64,000 bases of DNA from Escherichia coli (GTDB taxonomy: Bacteria; Pseudomonadota; Gammaproteobacteria; Enterobacterales; Enterobacteriaceae). Of this stretch, positions 1-10,554 are shown piece by piece. How positions within the stretch are numbered: the first letter of the stretch is position 1; each line of letters starts with the position of its first letter. The position numbers and the translations under genes are program-made. Below the pieces are notes generated by a model that worked only from the letters and a program-made list of their open reading frames with translations, did no database searches and had not been told where the DNA came from. The DNA lies in NCBI RefSeq assembly GCF_024223415.1, contig NZ_CP100500.1; one strand, 5' to 3'.

Positions 1-1559
1 GCGCAGGCTCAGGCAACGTTGTTAATTACGATCCCTCCAACGTGATTATGCTCACCGGACGCGCCTCCGTTGTGGAGCGGCTGACGGAAGTGATCCAGCG
101 TGTGGATCACGCGGGTAATCGCACTGAAGAGGTGATCCCGCTGGATAACGCCTCGGCTTCGGAAATCGCCCGCGTGCTGGAAAGCCTGACTAAAAACAGC
201 GGCGAGAACCAGCCTGCGACGCTGAAATCTCAAATTGTCGCCGACGAACGCACCAACAGTGTGATTGTCAGTGGTGACCCGGCCACGCGGGACAAAATGC
301 GCCGTCTGATCCGTCGGCTGGACTCAGAAATGGAGCGCAGCGGCAACAGCCAGGTTTTCTATCTCAAATACAGCAAAGCGGAAGATCTGGTCGATGTGCT
401 GAAGCAGGTCAGCGGCACGCTCACGGCGGCTAAAGAAGAGGCGGAAGGCACCGTCGGTAGCGGGCGTGAGGTTGTCTCCATCGCCGCCAGCAAACACAGT
501 AATGCCCTGATTGTTACTGCGCCGCAGGACATCATGCAGTCGCTGCAAAGCGTGATTGAACAACTGGATATTCGCCGTGCTCAGGTGCACGTCGAGGCGT
601 TGATCGTGGAAGTTGCCGAAGGTAGCAATATCAATTTCGGCGTGCAGTGGGCGTCGAAAGATGCCGGATTAATGCAGTTTGCTAACGGTACGCAGATCCC
701 TATTGGTACGCTGGGGGCAGCCATTTCTCAGGCGAAACCGCAGAAAGGCTCGACGGTGATCAGTGAAAACGGCGCTACCACCATTAATCCGGATACCAAC
801 GGCGATCTCTCCACGCTCGCCCAGCTTCTTTCCGGCTTTAGCGGTACGGCGGTTGGTGTGGTGAAAGGCGACTGGATGGCGCTGGTGCAGGCGGTTAAAA
901 ACGACTCCAGCTCTAACGTGCTCTCCACGCCGAGCATCACCACGCTGGACAACCAGGAAGCCTTCTTCATGGTGGGTCAGGACGTTCCGGTATTAACCGG
1001 CTCTACCGTTGGCTCCAATAACAGCAATCCTTTCAATACAGTAGAAAGGAAAAAAGTCGGCATCATGCTGAAAGTCACGCCGCAGATTAACGAAGGTAAC
1101 GCGGTACAGATGGTGATTGAGCAGGAAGTCTCGAAGGTGGAAGGACAGACCAGCCTCGACGTGGTGTTTGGTGAGCGCAAACTGAAAACCACCGTACTGG
1201 CTAACGATGGCGAGCTGATCGTGCTTGGCGGTCTGATGGACGACCAGGCGGGAGAAAGTGTGGCGAAAGTGCCGTTACTGGGCGATATCCCATTGATTGG
1301 TAACCTGTTTAAATCGACGGCGGATAAAAAAGAAAAACGTAACCTGATGGTGTTTATCCGCCCGACCATTCTGCGTGACGGTATGGCGGCAGACGGCGTG
1401 TCGCAGCGCAAATATAACTATATGCGCGCCGAGCAGATCTATCGCGATGAACAAGGCTTAAGCCTGATGCCGCACACCGCGCAGCCGGTACTGCCAGCGC
1501 AAAACCAGGCCTTACCGCCGGAAGTACGCGCGTTCCTCAATGCCGGGAGAACGCGTTAA
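1..1559 (+). CDS. gspD: Type II secretion secretin GspD, C-terminal part (5'-partial; reading frame open from nt 3)
   Basis: Frame open from window edge; translation ...[19 protein letters not shown]...[27 protein letters not shown]...[13 protein letters not shown] matches secretin C-domain pattern; followed by gspE-M in canonical order. Confidence 0.9.
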   Translation, partial: AGSGNVVNYDPSNVIMLTGRASVVERLTEVIQRVDHAGNRTEEVIPLDNASASEIARVLESLTKNSGENQPATLKSQIVADERTNSVIVSGDPATRDKMRRLIRRLDSEMERSGNSQVFYLKYSKAEDLVDVLKQVSGTLTAAKEEAEGTVGSGREVVSIAASKHSNALIVTAPQDIMQSLQSVIEQLDIRRAQVHVEALIVEVAEGSNINFGVQWASKDAGLMQFANGTQIPIGTLGAAISQAKPQKGSTVISENGATTINPDTNGDLSTLAQLLSGFSGTAVGVVKGDWMALVQAVKNDSSSNVLSTPSITTLDNQEAFFMVGQDVPVLTGSTVGSNNSNPFNTVERKKVGIMLKVTPQINEGNAVQMVIEQEVSKVEGQTSLDVVFGERKLKTTVLANDGELIVLGGLMDDQAGESVAKVPLLGDIPLIGNLFKSTADKKEKRNLMVFIRPTILRDGMAADGVSQRKYNYMRAEQIYRDEQGLSLMPHTAQPVLPAQNQALPPEVRAFLNAGRTR

Positions 1560-3052
1560 TGGTGCCTGTAGCACAGGAAACCACCGCTAACACCGTGCGT
1601 CTGCCCTACAGTTTCAGCCGTCGGTTTAGCCTGGTGGCATGGTGCGAAGCGTCGCTGGAGATCCTCCATGTTCATCCGTTGTCGCTCTCTGTTTTGCAGG
1701 AGCTACAGCGGGGGCTGAACGCGCCCTTTACGCTGCGGCAAATCGACGAGGCCGAATTTGAACAGCGGCTGAATGCGGTCTGGCAGCGGGACTCTTCCGA
1801 GGCTCGCCAGCTGATGGAAGATCTCGGTTCTGCTGAGGACTTTTTTACCCTCGCGGAAGAACTGCCAGAAACGGAAGATCTGCTGGAAAGTGATGACGAT
1901 GCGCCGATCATCAAACTGATCAACGCCATGCTGGCAGAGGCAATCAAAGAAGGCGCTTCGGATATCCACATCGAGACGTTTGAAAAGAGTCTGGTGATCC
2001 GTTTTCGCGTTGACGGCACATTACATGAAATGCTACGCCCTGGGCGCAAACTGGCCTCGCTGCTGGTATCGCGTATTAAGGTGATGGCACGGCTGGATAT
2101 CGCCGAAAAGCGCGTACCGCAGGATGGACGTATTGCGCTGCTGCTGGGCGGCCGGGCGATTGACGTGCGTGTCTCCACCATGCCTTCCGCCTGGGGTGAG
2201 CGCGTGGTGCTGCGACTGCTGGACAAAAATCAGGCCCGCCTGACGCTGGAGCGTCTGGGGTTGAGTCAGCAACTGACCGCGCAGTTGCGCCAGCTGTTAC
2301 ACAAACCGCACGGCATCTTTCTGGTGACGGGGCCGACGGGTTCCGGCAAAAGCACCACGCTGTATGCCGGATTGCAGGAGCTGAACAACCACTCGCGCAA
2401 CATTCTCACGGTTGAAGACCCCATCGAATACATGATTGAAGGGATAGGTCAGACGCAGGTTAACACTCGCGTCGGCATGACCTTCGCCCGTGGCCTGCGC
2501 GCGATTTTGCGTCAGGACCCGGATGTGGTGATGGTCGGTGAAATCCGCGATACCGAAACCGCAGAAATCGCTGTTCAGGCGTCGCTTACCGGGCATCTGG
2601 TGCTTTCCACGCTGCATACCAACACGGCGGTGGGGGCGATCACGCGTTTGCAGGATATGGGCGTGGAGCCTTTCCTGCTCTCTTCCAGTCTGACGGGCGT
2701 GATGGCGCAGCGACTGGTCCGCACGCTGTGCCCCGACTGCCGCCAGCCCGCGCCTGCCACTGACGAAGAAAAACGCCTGCTGGGAATTACCGACGTGCGT
2801 ACCGTCACTCTGTACCATCCGCAGGGCTGCCCCGCCTGTAATCACAAAGGTTTCCGCGGACGTACTGCCATCCATGAGCTGATCGTGGTAGACGCCACAT
2901 TGCGTGATTTGATCCACCGTCAGGCCGGGGAACTGGAGCTGGAACGTTATGTCCGGCAACACTCTGCGGGTATCCGCAGCAACGGCATTGAGAAAGTGCT
3001 CGCCGGAGAAACCTCTCTCGATGAAGTTCTGCGGGTAACCATGGAGGCGTAA
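1559..3052 (+). CDS. gspE: Type II secretion ATPase GspE
   Basis: 497 aa; Walker [10 protein letters not shown], Asp box, tetracysteine CPDC...CPAC near C-terminus; start overlaps gspD stop. Confidence 0.93.
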   Translation: MVPVAQETTANTVRLPYSFSRRFSLVAWCEASLEILHVHPLSLSVLQELQRGLNAPFTLRQIDEAEFEQRLNAVWQRDSSEARQLMEDLGSAEDFFTLAEELPETEDLLESDDDAPIIKLINAMLAEAIKEGASDIHIETFEKSLVIRFRVDGTLHEMLRPGRKLASLLVSRIKVMARLDIAEKRVPQDGRIALLLGGRAIDVRVSTMPSAWGERVVLRLLDKNQARLTLERLGLSQQLTAQLRQLLHKPHGIFLVTGPTGSGKSTTLYAGLQELNNHSRNILTVEDPIEYMIEGIGQTQVNTRVGMTFARGLRAILRQDPDVVMVGEIRDTETAEIAVQASLTGHLVLSTLHTNTAVGAITRLQDMGVEPFLLSSSLTGVMAQRLVRTLCPDCRQPAPATDEEKRLLGITDVRTVTLYHPQGCPACNHKGFRGRTAIHELIVVDATLRDLIHRQAGELELERYVRQHSAGIRSNGIEKVLAGETSLDEVLRVTMEA

Positions 3053-4275
3053 TGGCACTGTTTTACTATCAGGCGCTGGAGCGTAATGGTCGCAAAACCA
3101 AAGGCATGATTGAGGCGGATTCCGCACGTCATGCCCGTCAGCTATTGCGCGGTAAAGATCTCATTCCTGTGCATATTGAAACGCGGATGAATGCATCGGC
3201 AGGGGGAATGTTGCAGCGTCGGCGGCACGCACATCGTCGCGTGGCGGCGGCAGATCTGGCGCTGTTCACGCGCCAGCTGGCAACGCTGGTACAGGCAGCA
3301 ATGCCGCTTGAAACCTGCTTACAGGCGGTCAGTGAGCAAAGTGAAAAACTGCATGTGAAAAGCCTCGGAATGGCGCTGCGCAGCCGGATTCAGGAAGGTT
3401 ATACCCTGTCGGACAGCCTGCGCGAACATCCCCGCGTCTTTGATTCTCTGTTTTGTTCGATGGTTGCTGCCGGAGAAAAATCCGGGCATCTCGACGTGGT
3501 GCTTAATCGCCTGGCGGATTACACCGAACAGCGACAGCGCCTGAAATCACGTCTATTGCAGGCCATGCTCTATCCGCTGGTTCTGCTGGTGGTGGCAACG
3601 GGCGTGGTCACTATTTTGCTGACGGCAGTGGTGCCGAAAATCATCGAACAGTTCGATCACCTCGGACACGCGCTGCCCGCCACCACCCGCGCGCTTATCG
3701 CCATGAGTGACGCGTTACAGGCCAGCGGCGTTTACTGGCTGGCGGGATTGCTGGCGCTTCTGGTGTTGGGGCAACGGCTACTCAAAAATCCTGCGATGCG
3801 CCTGCGCTGGGATAAAACCTTGCTGCGCCTGCCTGTGACGGGGCGTGTTGCGCGCGGGCTGAATACGGCGCGGTTTTCCCGCACATTAAGCATTCTCACC
3901 GCCAGCAGTGTTCCGCTACTGGAAGGCATTCAGACCGCTGCCGCTGTGTCGGCAAATCGCTATGTCGAGCAACAACTGCTGCTGGCGGCAGATCGCGTCC
4001 GCGAAGGAAGCAGTCTGCGCGCCGCGCTGGCGGAGTTGCGCCTGTTCCCCCCGATGATGCTGTACATGATCGCCTCCGGCGAACAGAGCGGTGAACTGGA
4101 AACCATGCTTGAACAGGCCGCAGTTAACCAGGAGCGGGAATTTGATACCCAGGTGGGGCTGGCGTTAGGGCTGTTTGAGCCGGCGCTGGTGGTGATGATG
4201 GCGGGCGTGGTGCTGTTTATCGTCATCGCCATCCTCGAGCCGATGCTGCAACTGAACAATATGGTTGGAATGTAA
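3052..4275 (+). CDS. gspF: Type II secretion inner-membrane platform protein GspF
   Basis: 407 aa polytopic membrane protein immediately after gspE; typical size and position. Confidence 0.9.
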   Translation: MALFYYQALERNGRKTKGMIEADSARHARQLLRGKDLIPVHIETRMNASAGGMLQRRRHAHRRVAAADLALFTRQLATLVQAAMPLETCLQAVSEQSEKLHVKSLGMALRSRIQEGYTLSDSLREHPRVFDSLFCSMVAAGEKSGHLDVVLNRLADYTEQRQRLKSRLLQAMLYPLVLLVVATGVVTILLTAVVPKIIEQFDHLGHALPATTRALIAMSDALQASGVYWLAGLLALLVLGQRLLKNPAMRLRWDKTLLRLPVTGRVARGLNTARFSRTLSILTASSVPLLEGIQTAAAVSANRYVEQQLLLAADRVREGSSLRAALAELRLFPPMMLYMIASGEQSGELETMLEQAAVNQEREFDTQVGLALGLFEPALVVMMAGVVLFIVIAILEPMLQLNNMVGM

Positions 4276-4291
4276 TTTACGGAGTTATCAC

Positions 4292-4747
4292 ATGAATTCG
4301 TTATCCCGCACACAAAAACCACGGGCAGGTTTTACCCTGCTGGAAGTGATGGTGGTGATTGTTATTCTTGGCGTCCTGGCAAGTCTGGTGGTGCCTAACC
4401 TGTTGGGCAATAAAGAGAAAGCGGATCGGCAAAAAGCCATCAGCGATATCGTGGCGCTGGAAAACGCACTGGATATGTACCGACTGGATAACGGGCGTTA
4501 TCCAACTACCGAGCAGGGGCTTGAGGCGCTGATCCAGCAGCCAGCCAATATGGCGGATTCCCGCAACTACCGTACCGGTGGGTACATTAAACGACTGCCA
4601 AAAGATCCGTGGGGCAATGATTATCAGTATCTCAGCCCGGGTGAAAAAGGACTGTTTGATGTTTACACCCTGGGGGCGGATGGTCAGGAAAATGGGGAAG
4701 GTGCTGGCGCAGATATCGGTAACTGGAATTTGCAGGAGTTTCAGTAA
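4292..4747 (+). CDS. gspG: Major pseudopilin GspG (ORF track start 4265; ATG at 4292 preferred)
   Basis: Prepilin-type leader plus hydrophobic N-terminus ...GFTLLEVMVVIVILGVLASLVVP; ~150 aa. Confidence 0.88.
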   Translation: MNSLSRTQKPRAGFTLLEVMVVIVILGVLASLVVPNLLGNKEKADRQKAISDIVALENALDMYRLDNGRYPTTEQGLEALIQQPANMADSRNYRTGGYIKRLPKDPWGNDYQYLSPGEKGLFDVYTLGADGQENGEGAGADIGNWNLQEFQ

Positions 4748-4750
4748 GCA

Positions 4751-5314
4751 GTGCCTGAACGCGGATTCACACTTCTGGAAATCATGCTGGTGATTTTCCT
4801 TATCGGCCTTGCCAGTGCGGGCGTGGTACAGACTTTTGCGACCGATTCTGAATCGCCCGCGAAAAAAGCGGCGCAGGATTTTCTGACTCGCTTTGCGCAG
4901 TTTAAAGACAGGGCAGTGATCGAAGGGCAGACACTCGGTGTACTAATCGACCCGCCGGGATACCAGTTTATGCAACGTCGTCAGGGGCAGTGGTTGCCCG
5001 TTTCTGCGACCCGGTTATCGGCACAGGTTACGGTGCCGAAACAGGTGCAGATGCTGTTACAACCCGGAAGTGATATCTGGCAGAAGGAATATGCGCTGGA
5101 GCTGCAACGTCGTCGCCTGACGCTGCACGATATTGAACTGGAGTTGCAAAAAGAGGCGAAAAAGAAGACGCCGCAGATCCGTTTTTCGCCTTTTGAACCC
5201 GCCACGCCGTTTACGCTGCGCTTCTACTCAGCGGCGCAAAACGCATGTTGGGCGGTAAAACTGGCACACGATGGCGCGTTATCCCTCAGTCAATGTGATG
5301 AGAGGATGCCATGA
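4751..5314 (+). CDS. gspH: Minor pseudopilin GspH
   Basis: N-terminal RGFTLLEIMLVIFLIGL prepilin motif; operon position. Confidence 0.82.
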   Translation: MPERGFTLLEIMLVIFLIGLASAGVVQTFATDSESPAKKAAQDFLTRFAQFKDRAVIEGQTLGVLIDPPGYQFMQRRQGQWLPVSATRLSAQVTVPKQVQMLLQPGSDIWQKEYALELQRRRLTLHDIELELQKEAKKKTPQIRFSPFEPATPFTLRFYSAAQNACWAVKLAHDGALSLSQCDERMP

Positions 5315-5682
5315 AGCGCGGATTTACCTTGCTGGAAGTGATGCTCGCACTGGCGATTTTTGCGCTGGCTGCCACGGCGGTGTTACAGATTGCCAGCGGT
5401 GCGCTGAGTAATCAGCACGTTCTTGAGGAGAAAACGGTAGCAGGCTGGGTGGCTGAAAACCAGACCGCGCTGCTCTACCTGATGACCCGTGAACAACGGG
5501 CGGTCAGGCATCAGGGCGAGAGCGACATGGCAGGAAACCGCTGGTACTGGCGAACCACACCGCTGAATACAGGTAACGCGCTGCTCCAGGCGGTGGATAT
5601 TGAAGTCAGCCGTCACGAAGACTTTTCGTCGGTAATTCAGTCACGACGCGCCTGGTTTAGCGCCGTGGGAGGCCAACAGTGA
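5311..5682 (+). CDS. gspI: Minor pseudopilin GspI
   Basis: N-terminal KRGFTLLEVMLALAIFALA prepilin motif; 123 aa; overlaps neighbours by 4 nt. Confidence 0.82.
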   Translation: MKRGFTLLEVMLALAIFALAATAVLQIASGALSNQHVLEEKTVAGWVAENQTALLYLMTREQRAVRHQGESDMAGNRWYWRTTPLNTGNALLQAVDIEVSRHEDFSSVIQSRRAWFSAVGGQQ

Positions 5683-6284
5683 GAAGGGCTCGCGCTGGTT
5701 TCACGTTACTGGAAATGCTGGTGGCAATTGCCATTTTTGCCTCGCTGGCACTGATGGCGCAGCAGGTGACTAACGGCGTCACGCGCGTGAATAGCGCCGT
5801 CACCGGACACGATCAAAAACTAAACCTCATGCAGCAAACGATGAGTTTTCTGACCCACGATCTGACCCAAATGATGCCGCGTCCGGTAAGAGGCGATCAG
5901 GGCCAGCGTGAATCAGCGTTACTGGCGGGCGCTGGCGTGCTGGCGTCTGAGAGTGAAGGAATGCGCTTTGTACGCGGCGGCGTGGTTAATCCGTTGATGC
6001 GTCTGCCGCGCAGTAATCTGCTCACCGTCGGTTACCGCATTCATGACGGTTATCTCGAACGGTTAGCCTGGCCGCTGACCGACGCAGCAGGCAGCGTGAA
6101 GCCAACAACGCAAAAGTTGATTCCGGCGGATTCGCTCCGTTTGCAGTTCTACGACGGCACACGCTGGCAGGAGAGCTGGTCATCACTTCAGGCGATCCCA
6201 GTGGCGGTACGCATGACCCTGCACTCGCCGCAATGGGGCGAGATTGAACGCATCTGGTTGTTACGCGGGCCGCAATTATCATGA
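5679..6284 (+). CDS. gspJ: Minor pseudopilin GspJ
   Basis: N-terminal AGFTLLEMLVAIAIFASLAL prepilin motif; 201 aa. Confidence 0.82.
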   Translation: MRRARAGFTLLEMLVAIAIFASLALMAQQVTNGVTRVNSAVTGHDQKLNLMQQTMSFLTHDLTQMMPRPVRGDQGQRESALLAGAGVLASESEGMRFVRGGVVNPLMRLPRSNLLTVGYRIHDGYLERLAWPLTDAAGSVKPTTQKLIPADSLRLQFYDGTRWQESWSSLQAIPVAVRMTLHSPQWGEIERIWLLRGPQLS

Positions 6285-7258
6285 TCAGCTCACCACCAAA
6301 ACGCGGAATGGCACTGGTTGTGGTGCTGGTATTACTGGCAGTTATGATGCTGGTGACTATCACGCTTTCCGGGCGGATGCAGCAACAACTTGGGCGAACC
6401 CGCAGCCAGCAGGAGTACCAGCAGGCGCTGTGGTATAGCGCCAGTGCAGAAAGTCTGGCGTTGAGCGCACTCAGTCTGAGCCTGAAAAATGAAAAGCGCG
6501 TGCATCTGGCACAGCCGTGGGCTTCCGGCCCTCGTTTTTTCCCACTGCCGCAGGGGCAAATCGCCGTCACTCTGCGTGACGCACAGACGTGCTTTAACCT
6601 GAATGTCCTCGCTCAGCCGACGACGGCGTCGCGTCCGCTCGCGTTACAACAACTGATTGCCCTGATCTCGCGCCTCGATGTGCCTGCTTATCGGGCCGAA
6701 CTGATAGCCGAAAGCCTGTGGGAGTTTATTGATGAAGACCGCAGCGTGCAGACGCGTCTGGGCCGTGAAGACAGCGAATATCTCGCCCGCTCGGTGCCTT
6801 TCTACGCCGCCAATCAACCGCTGGCCGATATCAGCGAGATGCGCGTGGTGCAGGGAATGGACGCCGGGCTTTATCAAAAACTGAAACCGCTGGTCTGTGC
6901 GCTGCCGATGACCCGCCAGCAAATCAACATCAATACTTTAGACGTCACGCAAAGTGTGATTCTTGAGGCGCTGTTTGACCCGTGGTTAAGCCCTGTTCAG
7001 GCGCGGGCGTTATTACAACAACGTCCGGCGAAGGGCTGGGAAGATGTCGATCAGTTTCTTGCACAGCCGCTACTTGCTGACGTCGATGAGCGTACTAAAA
7101 AACAGCTAAAAACCGTCCTGAGCGTGGACAGCAATTACTTCTGGCTGCGTTCAGATATCACCGTGAATGAGATTGAACTGACGATGAATTCGTTAATTGT
7201 CCGCATGGGCCCACAGCACTTTTCTGTTCTCTGGCATCAGACAGGAGAAAGTGAGTGA
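6281..7258 (+). CDS. gspK: Minor pseudopilin GspK
   Basis: 325 aa, N-terminal hydrophobic segment, operon position after gspJ. Confidence 0.8.
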   Translation: MISSPPKRGMALVVVLVLLAVMMLVTITLSGRMQQQLGRTRSQQEYQQALWYSASAESLALSALSLSLKNEKRVHLAQPWASGPRFFPLPQGQIAVTLRDAQTCFNLNVLAQPTTASRPLALQQLIALISRLDVPAYRAELIAESLWEFIDEDRSVQTRLGREDSEYLARSVPFYAANQPLADISEMRVVQGMDAGLYQKLKPLVCALPMTRQQININTLDVTQSVILEALFDPWLSPVQARALLQQRPAKGWEDVDQFLAQPLLADVDERTKKQLKTVLSVDSNYFWLRSDITVNEIELTMNSLIVRMGPQHFSVLWHQTGESE

Positions 7259-8433
7259 GTTCCATCCTTGAGATTTTTTTCCCACTTTGCGCCGCTAATC
7301 CCATCCGTTGGCAGCGCCGTACTCCCGACGTGGAGCACGGTATCTGGCCTGACGTTGCTGACGAACGTCTCCAACAATGGCTGCAAACTGATGCGATTCG
7401 ACTCTACATTCCCGGCGAATGGATCAGCATCTGGCAGGTTGAACTGCCTGATGTCCCTCGCAAGCAGATACCAACTATTCTGCCCGCCTTACTGGAAGAA
7501 GAGCTGAACCAGGATATCGATGAACTGCATTTCGCCCCGTTGAAAATCGACCAGCAACTGGCAACCGTGGCAGTGATTCACCAACAGCATATGCGCAACA
7601 TTGCGCAGTGGTTGCAGGAAAACGGCATCACCCGCGCTACCGTCGCGCCAGACTGGATGTCTATTCCTTGTGGATTTATGGCTGGCGATGCGCAACGGGT
7701 TATCTGCCGCATCGATGAATGCCGGGGATGGAGCGCCGGGCGGGCGCTGGCTCCGGTCATGTTCCGCGCCCAGCTAAATGAGCAGGATTTACCGCTTTCG
7801 CTAACGGTAGTCGGCATTGCACCGGAAGAGCTATCAGCATGGGCTGGCGCAGATGCTGAACGCCTGACCGTTACGGCTCTGCCCGCCATTACCACTTATG
7901 GCGAACCGGAAGGGAACCTGCTAACAGGGCCGTGGCAGCCTCGCGTCAGCTACCGAAAACAGTGGGCGCGCTGGCGGGTGATGATTCTGCCGATATTGCT
8001 GATTCTGGTTGCGCTGGCAGTGGAACGGGGCGTGACGTTATGGAGCGTCAGCGAACAGGTGACGCAAAGCCGCGACCAGGCGGAGAAACAGTTCTTAACG
8101 TTGTTCCCAGAGCAGAAGCGGATTGTGAATTTACGCTCTCAGGTGACGATGGCGCTGAAAAAATATCGCCCACAGGCCGACGATACCCGGCTGCTCGCCG
8201 AGTTGTCAGCGATAGCAAGCACCCTGAAATCAGCGTCACTTTCCGACATCGAGATGCGTGGTTTCACCTTTGATCAAAAACGCCAGACGCTTCACCTCCA
8301 GTTGCGGGCAGCAAACTTTGCCAGTTTCGACAAACTGCGTAGTGCACTGGCAACCGATTATGTTGTGCAACAGGACGCGTTACAGAAAGAGGGTGATGCG
8401 GTTTCCGGCGGCGTAACGTTGCGGAGGAAATAA
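7255..8433 (+). CDS. gspL: Type II secretion protein GspL
   Basis: 392 aa, single internal TM segment (RWRVMILPILLILVALAV), operon position. Confidence 0.78.
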   Translation: MSSILEIFFPLCAANPIRWQRRTPDVEHGIWPDVADERLQQWLQTDAIRLYIPGEWISIWQVELPDVPRKQIPTILPALLEEELNQDIDELHFAPLKIDQQLATVAVIHQQHMRNIAQWLQENGITRATVAPDWMSIPCGFMAGDAQRVICRIDECRGWSAGRALAPVMFRAQLNEQDLPLSLTVVGIAPEELSAWAGADAERLTVTALPAITTYGEPEGNLLTGPWQPRVSYRKQWARWRVMILPILLILVALAVERGVTLWSVSEQVTQSRDQAEKQFLTLFPEQKRIVNLRSQVTMALKKYRPQADDTRLLAELSAIASTLKSASLSDIEMRGFTFDQKRQTLHLQLRAANFASFDKLRSALATDYVVQQDALQKEGDAVSGGVTLRRK

Positions 8434-8434
8434 C

Positions 8435-8971
8435 ATGTTACGCGATAATTTTATTCACTATTTTCAGCAATGGCGTGAACGCCAGTTAAGCCGTGGCGAA
8501 CACTGGCTGGCACAACACCTGGCGGGGCGTTCGCCGCGTGAAAAGGGCATGTTACTGGCAGCGGTGGTGTTCCTGTTTAGCGTCGGATATTACGTCCTCA
8601 TCTGGCAGCCGTTGAGCGAACGGATAGAACAACAGGAGACGATGTTGCAGCAGCTGGTGGCAATGAACACCCGACTGAAGAACGCCGCGCCGGATATTAT
8701 TGCAGCGCGAAAATCTGCCACAACAACGCCTGCGCAGGTATCGCGGGTCATCAGCGATAGTGCTTCTGCGCACTCAGTGGTTATCAAGCGGATAGCCGAG
8801 CGCGGGGAGAATATTCAGGTCTGGATAGAACCTGTGGTGTTTAATGATCTGCTGATCTGGTTAAACGCACTGGATGAAAAATATGCGCTGCGGGTAACAC
8901 AAATTGATGTCAGTGCTGCTGAGAAGCTTGGGATGGTGAATGTGCAGCGGCTGGAGTTTGGACGGGGGTAA
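8435..8971 (+). CDS. gspM: Type II secretion protein GspM
   Basis: 178 aa, N-terminal TM (LLAAVVFLFSVGYYVLIW), last gene of operon. Confidence 0.78.
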   Translation: MLRDNFIHYFQQWRERQLSRGEHWLAQHLAGRSPREKGMLLAAVVFLFSVGYYVLIWQPLSERIEQQETMLQQLVAMNTRLKNAAPDIIAARKSATTTPAQVSRVISDSASAHSVVIKRIAERGENIQVWIEPVVFNDLLIWLNALDEKYALRVTQIDVSAAEKLGMVNVQRLEFGRG

Positions 8972-9077
8972 AGTATCAGGAGATTAATATCAATAAAATT
9001 ACTCTCGTTAACGTGGCGAGAGTAATTCACCCAGACTTTATAAGCTAATTTTTTTCGTGAAGGTTATTGTCAGATCC

Positions 9078-9110
9078 AAAAGCAAAAACCCGCCTTGTGG
9101 GCGGGTTCTT
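9078..9110. terminator. Bidirectional rho-independent terminator hairpin (cccgcc-ttgtg-ggcggg flanked by T-runs on both strands)
   Basis: GC stem 9089-9105 with ttctt downstream on + strand and tttttgctttt downstream on - strand; lies between gspM stop and the tRNA-Phe 3' fragment. Confidence 0.55.
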
Positions 9111-9119
9111 AAGAATTAG

Positions 9120-9139
9120 TGGTGCCCGGACTCGGAATC
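9120..9139 (-). repeat. 20-nt fragment identical to the 3' end of tRNA-Phe (GATTCCGAGTCCGGGCACCA); candidate island attachment-site repeat
   Basis: Reverse complement of tggtgcccggactcggaatc equals the tRNA-Phe acceptor/T-arm 3' end including CCA; upstream tRNA body is absent. Confidence 0.7.
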
Positions 9140-9326
9140 ATATCCACGATTAACATACTGTTTGTTATTGGTTTTGTTGCGATTTCTTGTAAACAGCGCC
9201 CCCACTAAAGCCCCCATAAAAAATCGCTTTGGTTTTGTGAGGGTTATCACGAAAAATCAATGTTAAGTGGAGGGCTTCGTTATGTGTGGAGTTATGACCC
9301 TGGCCCAAAATCAGTGCAGTGCTAAA

Positions 9327-10200
9327 TCAGAGATCTTCGTCTTTCCGGAGACTTCGGATGAATTCAGCCGGAGTCATGTCATTTAATGATGAATGCGTCC
9401 TTTCATGATTGTATTCCCTGCGCCAGCTGTCGAGTTTGTCCTGCGCATCTTCCAGTGACAGGAACCAGTGAATGTTCAGACACTCATCCCGTAGACTGCC
9501 GTTAAATGATTCAATAAACGGGTTATCTGTCGGCTTCCCGGGGCGCGAGAAGTCCATGGTCACTCCGTGTTCATACGCCCATTTATCCAGACTTTTTGAG
9601 ATAAACTCGCTGCCGTTATCTGTCTGAATACGTACCGGCAGGCGCTTACCCGGCACCCGCAACCCTTCCATCACACCGACCACATCCTCGCCTTTCAGCG
9701 ACTTTCCGGCATGGATCGCCAGACACTCCCGACTAAAATTATCGACTACAGTCAGCGCCCGGAAACGCCGTCCGTTAAACAGATTATCCGACACGAAATC
9801 CATATTCCAGCACTGATCGACACCGGTCAGGATGGGACGCTGTTGGCGATGTGCTGCACTGACATGCCTGCACGGACGTTTTCTCCGCAGGTTAAGTCCT
9901 TCCAGACAATAAATCCGGTGTGTTTTCTTGTGGTTAACAGGCCAGCCTTCCTGCCGTAACTGGATATGAATACGCGGGCAACCGTAGCGGATCCGGGTTT
10001 CCGCTATCTCCCTGATGCGCAGGGTTATCGCCCGATCATCTCGCCGACTCTGCCAGTGGTAAACGGTTCTGCTCTGTATCAGCAGTCCACATCCCCGTCG
10101 GACACTGATACGGTAAGCTTCCCGCAGAAAATGTACCGCCTGACGCTTCTGAGCCGGCCTCAGAACTTTTGTTTCAGTACCTCCTGCAACATCTCCTTAT
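9327..10200 (-). pseudogene. IS3-family transposase OrfB (DDE integrase core), disrupted by a frameshift near 9960
   Basis: Manual translation: one frame gives ...ITLRIREIAETRIRYGCPRIHIQ then stops; a second frame resumes LRQEGWPVNHKKTHRIYCLEGLNLRRKRP...MDFVSDNLFNGRRFRALTVVDNFSRE...TDNGSEF...; continuity needs a 1-nt shift. Confidence 0.65.
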
Positions 10201-10426
10201 CCAGACTCAGATCAGCCACCAGTTTCTTCAGCCGCTGATTTTCATCCTCCAGTTGCCGCAGACGCCGCAGTTCCGTCACGCCCAGACCGGCAAATTTCTT
10301 CTTCCAGTTGTAAAAGGTGGCCTCAGAAATACCCATCTTTCTGCAGACTTCCCCGACGCGGGTGCCGGTTTCGGCCTGTTTCAGCGCAAACGCAATCTGT
10401 TCTTCGGTATAACGGGTCTTTTTCAT
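10160..10426 (-). CDS. IS3-family transposase OrfA (HTH, leucine-zipper region)
   Basis: MKKTRYTEEQIAFALKQAETGTRVGEVCRKMGISEATFYNWKKKF... typical IS3-family OrfA. Confidence 0.85.
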   Translation of the reverse strand: MKKTRYTEEQIAFALKQAETGTRVGEVCRKMGISEATFYNWKKKFAGLGVTELRRLRQLEDENQRLKKLVADLSLDKEMLQEVLKQKF

Positions 10427-10554
10427 GGTAATAAGCCTCTCTGTGAGCAGGAAGAAAGACCGGAGACTTCAGTTTAGACTGGTACTGTTTTCAGGGGGGA
10501 GATCAGTTAGGTTCACACATAACGAATTCTAAAAACACCGCCCTAAATTTTCCG

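Larger units (their letters stand above)
9300..10496 (-). mobile_element. IS3-family insertion sequence (~1.2 kb) with imperfect terminal inverted repeats
   Basis: orfA plus DDE orfB; terminal sequences ~9305-9330 (aaatcagtgcagtgctaaatcagag) and reverse complement of ~10470-10496 (aaaacagtaccagtctaaactgaag) are similar; ends approximate. Confidence 0.65.

Noticed and set aside
977-3127. Several minus-strand ORFs of 77-276 aa (977..1411, 1672..2226, 2297..3127 and others) antisense to gspD/gspE
   Set aside because: They lie entirely within strongly supported T2SS genes, have no recognisable motifs and have low-complexity Ser/Arg-rich composition typical of shadow ORFs in GC-rich coding DNA.
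6022-6570. 182-aa minus-strand ORF overlapping gspJ/gspK
   Set aside because: Antisense shadow ORF inside well-supported operon genes; Cys/Arg-rich low-complexity translation.
9120-9139. Complete tRNA-Phe gene
   Set aside because: Only the terminal 20 nt (and 22 nt at 31626..31647) match the tRNA; the upstream D-arm, anticodon arm and T-stem 5' half are absent, so these are attachment-site repeats rather than tRNA genes.
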